From assembly GCF_051097895.1 (NCBI RefSeq), contig NZ_CP142525.1, positions 1,530,001 through 1,562,000 of the forward strand: 32,000 nucleotides of DNA, in the 5' to 3' direction. Position 1 is the stretch's first letter. Each line of letters starts with the position of its first letter. The notes beneath the pieces are model-generated. The model was not told the origin of the DNA. It did not search any database and saw only the letters and a list, made by a program, of their open reading frames with translations. Positions 1-8,630 of the stretch are shown in pieces. This stretch comes from Psychrobacter sp. HD31. GTDB lineage: Bacteria; Pseudomonadota; Gammaproteobacteria; Pseudomonadales; Moraxellaceae. Position numbers and translations under genes: made by a program.

Positions 1-1187
1 ACAAACGAAAACTCGCAACAAGCATTTGGCAATGCTAGTGGTTGCAGCTGTGCTATTAACTGTTGGATAATCGCAGGTGCTTCAGCTTTACGAGACTGAG
101 ATAACTGCTCGGCTAAGGCTAAATAACCTTGCCATGCTGTTTCAATTTGTTGTTGCATATCCGCACTGCTTGGCTGAGCATTTAATTCATCTAACTTAAT
201 TTGCCACTCTCTTGCCGTTGTTACCAGGTCACTGGCAGGTAGGTTGTGCTTGCGGGATAACCGATGTGCCAATGTCATTAACGTATCTAGCTCTTGTAAC
301 CTTTGAGGGTCTGGTAATTGTTGTTCGGCATAATCTGCTAATAAGCCTGTCGCCTCACTAATTTGTTGCTGCGCAAGGTACAGTTGCTCGGCTACCTGTC
401 CAAATGTGCTACTAACCGCTGATTGGTTATCGCATAACTTAATGGCACGCCCTACAAGACTATTTGCATCGGGTTCATCTGTATCATTATCAAGTAATTG
501 CAGTGCCATGCCCGCCTCTTGCATTAATGCCTCAATGTTAGATAATTCTTCATGTTCAGCTTCTACACTGGCATAGTCAATGCTAAGCAGGGGTTCTACA
601 TCCGCCAGCTGACTTTCTAACAAAGCAATTTTATCTAATCGGTTCGCATCAGCACTGGCAATTTCTTCCGCCTTACGTTGTAAACGCTGGTGTGTTAAAT
701 AGGCTGCACGGGTTTGATCTGCCAAGTTGGTTAACCCTGCCATATTGTCTAGCCAGTCCACCACAAATTGCGGTTTTAATAGCGCTTGTTGGGCATGTTG
801 GCTATGTATATTCACCAATAACCGCCCCAAAGATTTTAATTCTGCCAAGCTAACAGGCAGCCCATTTAACCAGGCTTTAGAACGTCCATTGCTACTAAGC
901 TGACGACGTATGAGCAATTCTGCCTCAAAACTTCGTTCATGTTCATCAAACCAGTGCTTTACTACTTCGTTTTCTGCAACATCAAACTCGGCATAAATAT
1001 CGGCACTTTCGGCACCATGTCGTACCATACTGGTATCGGCACGTTCACCAATACACAATGACAAAGCATCTAATAATAAAGACTTGCCGGCCCCTGTTTC
1101 ACCGGTTATTACATTAAAACCATCAACAAATCTAAGTTCATGCTCAGCGATTAACGCAAATTGATGTAATGTTAAATATAGCAACAT
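1..1187 (-). CDS. recN: DNA repair protein RecN, N-terminal ~395 codons; 3' end lies beyond the left window edge
   Basis: Own minus-strand translation from ATG (1187..1185): MLLYLTLHQFALIAEHELRFVDGFNVITGETGAGKSLLLDALSLCIGERADTSMVRHG... This is a RecN N-terminus with Walker A GETGAGKS. I translated only the two ends (about 1187..770 and 59..3), both open in this frame; the middle is inferred open. The gene has no stop in the window, so it is absent from the start-to-stop ORF track. Confidence 0.85.
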   Translation of the reverse strand, partial: MLLYLTLHQFALIAEHELRFVDGFNVITGETGAGKSLLLDALSLCIGERADTSMVRHGAESADIYAEFDVAENEVVKHWFDEHERSFEAELLIRRQLSSNGRSKAWLNGLPVSLAELKSLGRLLVNIHSQHAQQALLKPQFVVDWLDNMAGLTNLADQTRAAYLTHQRLQRKAEEIASADANRLDKIALLESQLADVEPLLSIDYASVEAEHEELSNIEALMQEAGMALQLLDNDTDEPDANSLVGRAIKLCDNQSAVSSTFGQVAEQLYLAQQQISEATGLLADYAEQQLPDPQRLQELDTLMTLAHRLSRKHNLPASDLVTTAREWQIKLDELNAQPSSADMQQQIETAWQGYLALAEQLSQSRKAEAPAIIQQLIAQLQPLALPNACCEFSF

Positions 1188-1513
1188 GGTTTTGATTACC
1201 GATTTTGTAAGTTAAAGATTGCACAAGTATTTTAGTTAACTTGCAGTTTACTATAAAGTTTACGGATATTCATCCAAAAGCCATGATAAAAAATGCTTTC
1301 AATTTAGCTAACGACCGTTAATTTTTAACACATCGTATCTGTATTTCTTGTAAAATCTTAGTTAATAAGCAAGTTTAGTAACAAAGCAGTCTGTTTTTTA
1401 TAGTGTTTTGAAAAAAAACATATCATAAAACCCCATAAACAAAGGCTTTTTTGCTATTTGTAATAAAAAATCATGAAATAGTGTGGTAACATTAAGCTTA
1501 TTTTTAATTATCT

Positions 1514-1531
1514 GTCTGATAAATATCAGAC
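1514..1531. promoter_or_regulatory. Perfect 18-bp palindrome GTCTGATAAATATCAGAC, candidate operator upstream of ppnP
   Basis: 8-bp arms GTCTGATA/TATCAGAC around an AA centre. It ends 20 nt before the ppnP ATG, where the core promoter or 5' UTR should lie. No cognate regulator can be identified. Confidence 0.3.
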
Positions 1532-1551
1532 TTGGTTAAGGAACGTCATTT

Positions 1552-1887
1552 ATGTCAGTGGCAGAATTTACCAACGTATCCGTTGTGAGTAAGGCAAATG
1601 TTTCTTATGATGGTCGTTGTAGTAGTCATACGCTTTTATTTGAAGATGGCAGTAAAAAGATGCTTGGCGTGGTTTCACCTAATGATGAAACCGTTAACGA
1701 ATATCATTTTGCGACCCACACTTCAGAGCGTATGGAAATCATTAGTGGTGAGTGTGAAGTAAAGATTGAAGGAGAAGAAACCTTTAATAAGTATCGTGCT
1801 GGTCAATCTTTTATGGTAGCAGGTGACAGTGGTTTTGAACTACGCACCAACCAGATACTGCAATACATCTGCCATCTAGAGCGTTAA
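1552..1887 (+). CDS. ppnP: Pyrimidine/purine nucleoside phosphorylase PpnP (YaiE/DUF1255 cupin)
   Basis: 111-aa ORF with an AAGGAA Shine-Dalgarno (SD) upstream. RMEIISGECEVKI and ILQYICHLE match the PpnP family pattern as I remember it from E. coli YaiE and Acinetobacter homologues. Confidence 0.8.
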   Translation: MSVAEFTNVSVVSKANVSYDGRCSSHTLLFEDGSKKMLGVVSPNDETVNEYHFATHTSERMEIISGECEVKIEGEETFNKYRAGQSFMVAGDSGFELRTNQILQYICHLER

Positions 1888-1933
1888 TCGCTTTAATCTT
1901 AAAACTAAAAAAATAACGATAGATACCTGATAA

Positions 1934-2677
1934 ATGGCCAAACCAATTTATTTTTATGGCACACATGCCGTACAATCTCTTTTAGAACATCGCCCAACCG
2001 ATGCCCTTAGCCTTTTTATTCAACAAGGTAAAGAGTCCGATAACAGCATTGCTGAGATTTTGGCGCTAGCACAATCTTTTGGGGTAAGTATTCAGTATGC
2101 TGGCAAAGACAAACTTGCCAATATGTGCAATAGCCCACAACATCAAGGGGTTGTTTTACATGCCCGCCCATTAAACTTTGCTACCGAAGCAACGCTAGAT
2201 ACAGTAATTGCACAAGACAACTGTTTACTCCTTGTGCTTGACCAAATTACGGATGCCCATAATTTTGGTGCTTGTATCCGCTCGGCAGTTGCCATGAACG
2301 TCGATGCAATTATTTGCCCTCGCAAAAATACGGCGCCACTCACCGCCACGGTTGCAAAAGTTGCCGTTGGTGCAGCTGAATCTATCCCCGTTATTGCCGT
2401 AGGTAACTTGGCACGTACGTTAAATCAATTAAAAGATGCCGGCGTGTTTGTGTATGGCACCGCATTAGACGACACAGCCAAACCACTGCATGAGTGTGAC
2501 TTTACAATAAAAACAGCCATTGTAATGGGGTCTGAAGGAGAAGGAATGCGTCGCCTAACCACGGATACCTGTGATCAGTTGGTTTATATCCCTATGGGTG
2601 GTGATGTACAAAGTCTCAATGTGAGCGTCGCAACTGGCATGGCGTTATACGAAGCAAGTAGACAGAGATTTGTGTAA
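1934..2677 (+). CDS. rlmB: 23S rRNA (guanosine-2'-O)-methyltransferase RlmB (SpoU/TrmH family)
   Basis: 247 aa. N-terminal substrate-binding domain (YGTHAVQSLLEHRP) plus SpoU motifs (LVLDQITDAHNFGACIRSA, IVMGSEGEGMR, IPMGGDVQSLNVSVA). Confidence 0.85.
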   Translation: MAKPIYFYGTHAVQSLLEHRPTDALSLFIQQGKESDNSIAEILALAQSFGVSIQYAGKDKLANMCNSPQHQGVVLHARPLNFATEATLDTVIAQDNCLLLVLDQITDAHNFGACIRSAVAMNVDAIICPRKNTAPLTATVAKVAVGAAESIPVIAVGNLARTLNQLKDAGVFVYGTALDDTAKPLHECDFTIKTAIVMGSEGEGMRRLTTDTCDQLVYIPMGGDVQSLNVSVATGMALYEASRQRFV

Positions 2678-2836
2678 TTTATTAATTTTACTGCGTATTG
2701 CTTACTTTAGTCTCTACTCATTCACTCACAAAAAAGTATCCTGATATTAAATTTGTTTGTTTTTAAGGTTTTTTAATATTGTGTATTAGCCACTTTAAAT
2801 GAGACGTTTTAAGCAAACAAAAATCAGGTAAAGTAC

Positions 2837-3481
2837 TTAATAGCTTTCAACTATTTGCAAGTATTGCTCATGTAATGGCTTAAGCCGTGCATACAAATCT
2901 TCTAAAGTGCCGTCATTTACAACAACATCATCAGCTTGTGCTAATCTTGCTTTTCGAGACAACTGTTTTGCCATAACAGCTTTAATCTTTTCTTCTGTTA
3001 AGCCATCTCTTTTACTTGCTCTCTCTATTTGCAATTTTTCTGGTACATCTATTACAACAACACGATTGCACAAGCTTGCCAGCCCTGCTTCTTGCGACTC
3101 AAGTAATAGAGGGGCAGACATAATCACATAAGCTGAGCCAGCTTGTTGTAACTCAGTCTTTGCTTGTTCTCTAATCGCCGGATGTGTAATTGCTTCTAAT
3201 TCTGCCAAGTTTTTGGCAGCGTGCTTACTATTAAACACAAGCTCTCGCATAGCTTGCCGGTTAAGCTCGCCTGATTCAGTTAATACTTGCTTGCCAAACG
3301 CTGCGGCAATTTTTTGCAATGTTGGGCTACCTTTGGCAACAATTTGATGGGCAATGACATCGGCATCCACAATTTTAATACCCTGCTGAGCAAACCAATC
3401 GGTTGCCGCCGTTTTACCACTGCCGATACCACCGGTTAACCCTATGATGAGTTTTTTTGTTTGGTTTTGTTCGTTTGTCAT
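2837..3481 (-). CDS. coaE: Dephospho-CoA kinase
   Basis: 214 aa with P-loop IIGLTGGIGSGKTAATDWF near the N-terminus. Conserved position directly downstream of pilD. Confidence 0.9.
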   Translation of the reverse strand: MTNEQNQTKKLIIGLTGGIGSGKTAATDWFAQQGIKIVDADVIAHQIVAKGSPTLQKIAAAFGKQVLTESGELNRQAMRELVFNSKHAAKNLAELEAITHPAIREQAKTELQQAGSAYVIMSAPLLLESQEAGLASLCNRVVVIDVPEKLQIERASKRDGLTEEKIKAVMAKQLSRKARLAQADDVVVNDGTLEDLYARLKPLHEQYLQIVESY

Positions 3482-3526
3482 CTTAATTTGCTCTTCTTTT
3501 TATGTCACTTTATATCAAAAATCGGA

Positions 3527-3547
3527 TATTGTTTCACATGAAACATG
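3527..3547. repeat. 21-nt palindromic repeat TATTGTTTCACATGAAACATG, copy 1 (pilD-coaE spacer)
   Basis: Identical over 21 nt to 20545..20565. The core TGTTTCA-CA-TGAAACA has 7-bp inverted arms. Confidence 0.7.
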
Positions 3548-3563
3548 CCTTTACTCTATAAGT

Positions 3564-4490
3564 TTATGCTACAACCAGCCACTGATACCATGCCACTATT
3601 TGGTCACCATACAACATAGCAATAATAGCCGCAATGGCAATAAAAGGTCCAAAAGCAAAGGGTTGGCTTTTACCATGTTTAATCATCAATATAACACCAG
3701 CCAAAACTCCCAGCATAGAAGACAATAATATAACTAAAGGCAACGCCCAAACACCCAACCAACAACCAATAGCAGCTAACAGTTTAAAATCTCCTTGCCC
3801 CATACCCTGTTTTTTAGTAATTAAATAAAAAACTTGATTGACACTCCATAGGCTTAAAAAACCAATCGCAAGCCCCCAAATGGCACTGGTGGGTGAAACA
3901 AACCCAGTAAAAAACAGTTGGCTATTTACCAACAGCCCAAGTACCGCTAACGGATAAGTAATGCGATCTGGTAATAGCTGTGTTTCCCCGTCAATACCTG
4001 CCAGTACAATAAGCCCCCATACCAGTACTAATGCCGAAAGCCCGACTCCCGTCAGCCCCAATTGATAAATAACCAGTGCCGATAACACAGCAGTGATCAC
4101 TTCAATCAATAAATAACGAGCCGAAATCCGTTCTCCACAACAACCGCTTTTACCCACTAAAACCAACCAGCTAATCAGTGGAATATTGTGATACCAGCTT
4201 ATTTTTTGGTTACAATGAGTGCAATGGCTAACAGGTTTACTAAGGGTCAGTTGTTTTTCTGTAGCGATGCGGTGTTGCATATGGCTTAATTTATCTGTGC
4301 CAATAGTATTGGCAAGGTCATCCTCTTGGCTAATAAAACCGACTGCCTCAGCACGCCACTCTTTATGCATTATTTTTGGCACACGATAAATCATCACATT
4401 TAAAAAACTACCCACACACAAACCTACCAATATAAATAAAAATATGGCAAAAATTTGGTTGGTTTGTAAGGTTAATATCAAATCTTGCAT
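3564..4490 (-). CDS. pilD: Prepilin peptidase / N-methyltransferase PilD (peptidase A24)
   Basis: 308-aa polytopic membrane protein. Cys pairs CTHC...CCGERI of the methyltransferase region and an A24 core (GMGQGDFKLLAAIG). Lies in a pilB-pilC-pilD-coaE context. Confidence 0.9.
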   Translation of the reverse strand: MQDLILTLQTNQIFAIFLFILVGLCVGSFLNVMIYRVPKIMHKEWRAEAVGFISQEDDLANTIGTDKLSHMQHRIATEKQLTLSKPVSHCTHCNQKISWYHNIPLISWLVLVGKSGCCGERISARYLLIEVITAVLSALVIYQLGLTGVGLSALVLVWGLIVLAGIDGETQLLPDRITYPLAVLGLLVNSQLFFTGFVSPTSAIWGLAIGFLSLWSVNQVFYLITKKQGMGQGDFKLLAAIGCWLGVWALPLVILLSSMLGVLAGVILMIKHGKSQPFAFGPFIAIAAIIAMLYGDQIVAWYQWLVVA

Positions 4491-4572
4491 GGTTTGTGTT
4501 TTATATTATTTCTAATATTATGTATCATCTTAGTATATAAACTGTTAAATCAACAACTTGAAAATTAAACAA

Positions 4573-5166
4573 TTAAGGCTGAGATAGTTCTACACCATCT
4601 ACCGAAAAAGCAAATGCTTTGTTGCCATAATTCCCTATCATCACTGCTTGAATAATAGGTTGGATATTTTTCTTGGCACCGGTAGTAATTAAAAAGTTAG
4701 CACCTGAGCCACCAGTATCATCTTGTTTTTGTAGGTTAAAATTATAGGTTCCCATGGGCATTATTTTAATGGTCTGATTTAACACTTGTTTGACTAGCTT
4801 ACCCTCTGTATTAAAGTAGTCGATATTTTTAATGAACAAAGCGTTGCTTTGGCTAGTATTACGGATACTGAGTACTGCTGTCATTAAAATTTTTGGATTT
4901 TGCTCGCTTAAGTAAATATCTGAGTAAATAGGTACATAAAAACTTTGCTGGTATGCCATGTTCTCGGTTTCCGAAGAATCCATGACAGGTACAGAAACAA
5001 CCCCTCGATTTTGGCTTTTGGTGTGATTATTATCAGTATGTTGTGGGCTTTCTTCTGGTTGTGTGGCTGGTGTACAGCTAGAAAGCCCAAACCATGTTGC
5101 ACACAGTAAATTACAAAGCATCAGTTTATTTAAGTTTATTGATTTTATAATGTTAGATAGTTCCAT
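4573..5166 (-). CDS. Predicted lipoprotein with DUF3124-like C-terminal domain, function unknown
   Basis: 197-aa ORF with an AAGGA SD 8-12 nt upstream of the ATG at 5166. Lipobox FGLSSC. The C-terminal pattern YVPIYSDIY...LSIRNTS...DDTGGSGANFL...QAVMIG matches my memory of the DUF3124 family; no HMM was run. Confidence 0.6.
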   Translation of the reverse strand: MELSNIIKSINLNKLMLCNLLCATWFGLSSCTPATQPEESPQHTDNNHTKSQNRGVVSVPVMDSSETENMAYQQSFYVPIYSDIYLSEQNPKILMTAVLSIRNTSQSNALFIKNIDYFNTEGKLVKQVLNQTIKIMPMGTYNFNLQKQDDTGGSGANFLITTGAKKNIQPIIQAVMIGNYGNKAFAFSVDGVELSQP

Positions 5167-5345
5167 TATTTTGTCCTTTTATAGGGCTAGTTTATAGATA
5201 GGATGAAACAAAGAAAGCTGTTGATAGTTAATTATAGTATCTAGAATAAATGTAATCACTCGTAAATTACATAAAAAATATCAATAAATTATTATTGGCT
5301 ATTGCAAACCGTTTGTAATACTTACACTAAAAGCCATTAGTTGGC

Positions 5346-6575
5346 TTAACCCACAACTGAACCCATTTGAAAAATAGGTAAATACATTGCCACAACCAAA
5401 CCGCCAACTAAAATACCCAATATCACCATAACAATTGGCTCTAGTAGCGTTGTCATGTTTTCTAACGCATTATCTACTTTCTGCTCATAATAATCGGCAA
5501 TGTTATCCAACATTTCTTCCAAACTCCCTGCCTGCTCTCCTACACCCACTAGCTGTATTGCCAAACTTGGGAACACACCGGTTCGTTGCATGGCGGTTTG
5601 CAAATGAATACCAGATTTAACATCTTCCTTTATTTGCTGTGTTGCCACATAAAATTTATAGTTACCAGTTGCCCCAGCGGTATAATTTAATGCAGTAATC
5701 AAGGGAACCCCTGCAGCAAAAGTTGTAGCCAGCGTTCGGGCAAACCTTGCCACCACCCCATGATACATTACCTGCCCTATTATCGGTAATTTTAACAACC
5801 ACACATCTACTTTATTTTTAAAGCCCACATGGTTTTTGTATGCTTTTATCGCGCACCAAACAGCGACGAAACTGGCAAACAGTAAAACCCACCATAGTTT
5901 TTGTAACCAATTAGAAACCGCAACCACAAGTTGTGTAAACACGGGTAAGTCAGACCCAAGTGATGAAAAAAGCTCTGCAAATACAGGTACGACTCGTACC
6001 ATTAAAATAATCATCACAACAATTGCGACAATCACAACTGCCAAAGGATAAGTGAGCTCTTTTTTAATTTTAGCTTTAAGCTTTTCTGTCTTTTGTTTAT
6101 AGCTGGCAATGCGCTGCAACATGGTTTCTAATGTGCCAGATTGCTCACCAGACTCCACCAACGAGCAAACTAAGCCATCAAACTGCTTGGGATGTTTAGC
6201 CAATGCTTCTGCAAAGGTTGTACCCGACTGCACATCGGCTTTAATTTGCAACACCAGCTGCTGCATGCTTGGTTTGTCTAATAAGTCTGCCACAATATCA
6301 AACGACTTTATAATCGGCACACCTGCTTTTATTAAGGTCGCAAACTGGCGCATAAAAATGGCAGTATCCATTGGTTTAATTTTTTTATTTTTACCAACTG
6401 TAGACAGCGTAAGAAAACGATTGGGCTTACGTTTTATGCGCTCCACCCTTATGCCTTGCTGACGCAGCTGTGCTTTTGCCATCGCCATGTTGCTGCTCAG
6501 CAATTCTCCGGCTGTTTTTTGCCCCTGCTTATTTTTGCCAGAATAAACAAAAACTGTCGTTCTTTTATCCTTCAC
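5346..6575 (-). CDS. pilC: Type IV pilus assembly platform protein PilC (GspF family)
   Basis: 409 aa with two GspF/T2SSF-type repeats and hydrophobic TM segments. Immediately downstream of pilB. Confidence 0.9.
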   Translation of the reverse strand: MKDKRTTVFVYSGKNKQGQKTAGELLSSNMAMAKAQLRQQGIRVERIKRKPNRFLTLSTVGKNKKIKPMDTAIFMRQFATLIKAGVPIIKSFDIVADLLDKPSMQQLVLQIKADVQSGTTFAEALAKHPKQFDGLVCSLVESGEQSGTLETMLQRIASYKQKTEKLKAKIKKELTYPLAVVIVAIVVMIILMVRVVPVFAELFSSLGSDLPVFTQLVVAVSNWLQKLWWVLLFASFVAVWCAIKAYKNHVGFKNKVDVWLLKLPIIGQVMYHGVVARFARTLATTFAAGVPLITALNYTAGATGNYKFYVATQQIKEDVKSGIHLQTAMQRTGVFPSLAIQLVGVGEQAGSLEEMLDNIADYYEQKVDNALENMTTLLEPIVMVILGILVGGLVVAMYLPIFQMGSVVG

Positions 6576-6622
6576 ACTAATCCCTTAACTATTATAAGCT
6601 CCGTACTCATCCATGTGTTGTG

Positions 6623-8422
6623 TTATTCCGATATCACTCGGTACATTTCTTGTATGCTTGTAACGCCCTGCAGCACCTTTTTAATAGCAGATTGACGCAA
6701 ATCTTGCATCCCTTGTTGTTCTACCAAATTTTGTAACCGCATTGTGCTATTGTCCGTCGCATCAACCTTTGTTAATGAGCCAGCCATAATCGCTTGGGCG
6801 ATTTTCTCATCAATCGCTAAAACCTCATAAATGCCCACACGCCCTTTATAACCTTCACGACAATGTTCACAACCGACTGCCTGAAAAATGGTTTGTCCCT
6901 CTGATATATCTACAGGTGTAAAACCCATCTCTAACAAACTTGCTGGGGGAATGTTGGCAGGGGCTTTACAATGTTCGCATAATCGACGGGCTAACCGCTG
7001 AGCAATAATAAGACTAACCGAAGTCGCAATATTAAAAGAAGCGACTCCCATGTTTTTTAGCCGAGTAATGGTTTCTAAAGCCGAGTTGGTATGTAAAGTT
7101 GATAGCACTAAATGCCCAGTTTGAGCAGCCATAATCGCAGTTTCGGCAGTTTCTAGATCTCTAATTTCTCCCACCATAACCACATCTGGGTCTTGGCGCA
7201 AAAATGAGCGTAAAGCACTTGCAAAACTTAGCCCAACTTTTGGATTGATGTTAACTTGGTTCACCCCAGCAAGGTTAATCTCTACAGGGTCTTCTGCCGT
7301 CGCAATATTGCGTTCATCTGTGTTAAGTATATTTAAACCAGTGTACAGTGATACCGTTTTGCCAGAGCCTGTTGGTCCTGTAATGATTATCATACCTTGT
7401 GGTTTGGCAAGTGCCTGCAAATATAATGATTGTTGTAAAGGCGCTAACCCTAATTTATCAATCTCTAAAATTTTTGTAGAGGTATCTAAAATACGCAATA
7501 CTATTTTTTCACCAAATAAAGTCGGTAACGAGCTAACCCTAAAATCTATCGACTGTTTATTTGTTTGTTTTGTATTGTCATTTACCTCACTCGACAAATG
7601 GCTTTCAACAGATAATTTAATGCGTCCATCTTGTGGGATACGACGCTCAGAAATATCTAACTGCGCCATCACTTTTAAGCGGGTGGTAATTTTACTTGCC
7701 ATTTGCACCGGTGGCGTTGCAATCGTTTGCAAGATACCATCAATTCTAAAACGCACACGATAATGTGTTTCATAAGGTTCAAAATGTAAGTCAGATGCCC
7801 GCATTTGTATCGCATCGGTAAGCATCTTTTGTACAAACCTAACAACAGGGGCTTCGTCCACGGCTGTATCCAACAAGGTTTTATCAGCAACCCCCTCATT
7901 ACTTTGTATATCCTTGTCTATATTATCTAAGTTGTCAAAATATTCACAAGTTGCCGATTGTGCATATAACTGATTGATGATTTTAGCAAGCTTATCTGCT
8001 TCAACAACCACCGTATCAACTTTTAATTGCGTACTAAATGCGATGGTGTTTATAGCCTCAAGCCAAGAAGTATCTATCATTGCCAACGTAACCCGCTGAC
8101 CATCACTCGCAATTGGCAAAACTTGATACTGTTTTATTAGTTTCTTGTCTATTAATGATAGTGGCAAATTCTGTAAATCTAATTCATCAAGGTCAAAAAA
8201 TGGGCTAGCAAACTTTTGAGCAATAAATTTTGCGATGTGTTTACTCTTTGCCAGTTTGTTTTCTACAAGATAAGTAATTAAATTGGTCTGGCTTGCAAAC
8301 TCTGGCAGCAGCTCAATAGTTTTTGCAGATACAATGTCTGCTTGCAAAAAACTGAGTGCCAAACCACTTAGTTTTTGTTTTGTTGCTTGCCTGTGCAACA
8401 CACCCTTATGCTGGCTATCCAT
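6623..8422 (-). CDS. pilB: Type IV pilus extension ATPase PilB (GspE family)
   Basis: 599 aa. Walker A GPTGSGKT, Asp/His boxes, Walker B DPDVVMVGEIRD, and a C-terminal tetracysteine motif CEHC...CEHC. Confidence 0.9.
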   Translation of the reverse strand: MDSQHKGVLHRQATKQKLSGLALSFLQADIVSAKTIELLPEFASQTNLITYLVENKLAKSKHIAKFIAQKFASPFFDLDELDLQNLPLSLIDKKLIKQYQVLPIASDGQRVTLAMIDTSWLEAINTIAFSTQLKVDTVVVEADKLAKIINQLYAQSATCEYFDNLDNIDKDIQSNEGVADKTLLDTAVDEAPVVRFVQKMLTDAIQMRASDLHFEPYETHYRVRFRIDGILQTIATPPVQMASKITTRLKVMAQLDISERRIPQDGRIKLSVESHLSSEVNDNTKQTNKQSIDFRVSSLPTLFGEKIVLRILDTSTKILEIDKLGLAPLQQSLYLQALAKPQGMIIITGPTGSGKTVSLYTGLNILNTDERNIATAEDPVEINLAGVNQVNINPKVGLSFASALRSFLRQDPDVVMVGEIRDLETAETAIMAAQTGHLVLSTLHTNSALETITRLKNMGVASFNIATSVSLIIAQRLARRLCEHCKAPANIPPASLLEMGFTPVDISEGQTIFQAVGCEHCREGYKGRVGIYEVLAIDEKIAQAIMAGSLTKVDATDNSTMRLQNLVEQQGMQDLRQSAIKKVLQGVTSIQEMYRVISE

Positions 8423-8630
8423 GCTAACTCCATCATTCCATTTTAATTATTTTCTTAACAAAGTTATAGTTAAGCAACTTTTGTGTTGTATTTCTCCTTC
8501 ATACCTTTACGTTAGCATAAAAAAACTCATACATTAGAACAAAATCGATAGTTTTTTATATTATTTATTTTTGTTATACTTCCCACAAAATAAGTTTTTA
8601 TCATATTTTAAAAAACTAAGTAGGTGATAT

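Noticed and set aside
1188-1551. Search for an SOS/LexA box (CTGT-N8-ACAG) in front of recN
   Set aside because: I found no match to the consensus in the recN upstream region, only an imperfect repeat TGCACAAGT...ACTTGCA near 1229..1256. Acinetobacter, in the same family, is known to lack a canonical LexA, so absence is unsurprising and nothing can be claimed.
2678-2836. Loose inverted repeat TTTGTTTG...CAAACAAA in the rlmB/coaE convergent spacer
   Set aside because: It is only an 8-bp AT-rich stem with a loop of about 50 nt and no adjacent U-run. That is too weak to call a terminator or element.
8423-8630. Absence of a pilin gene (pilA) divergent from pilB; tpiA occupies that position
   Set aside because: pilA placement varies between lineages, and the pilin gene may simply lie elsewhere in the genome. 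This cannot be evaluated from one window.
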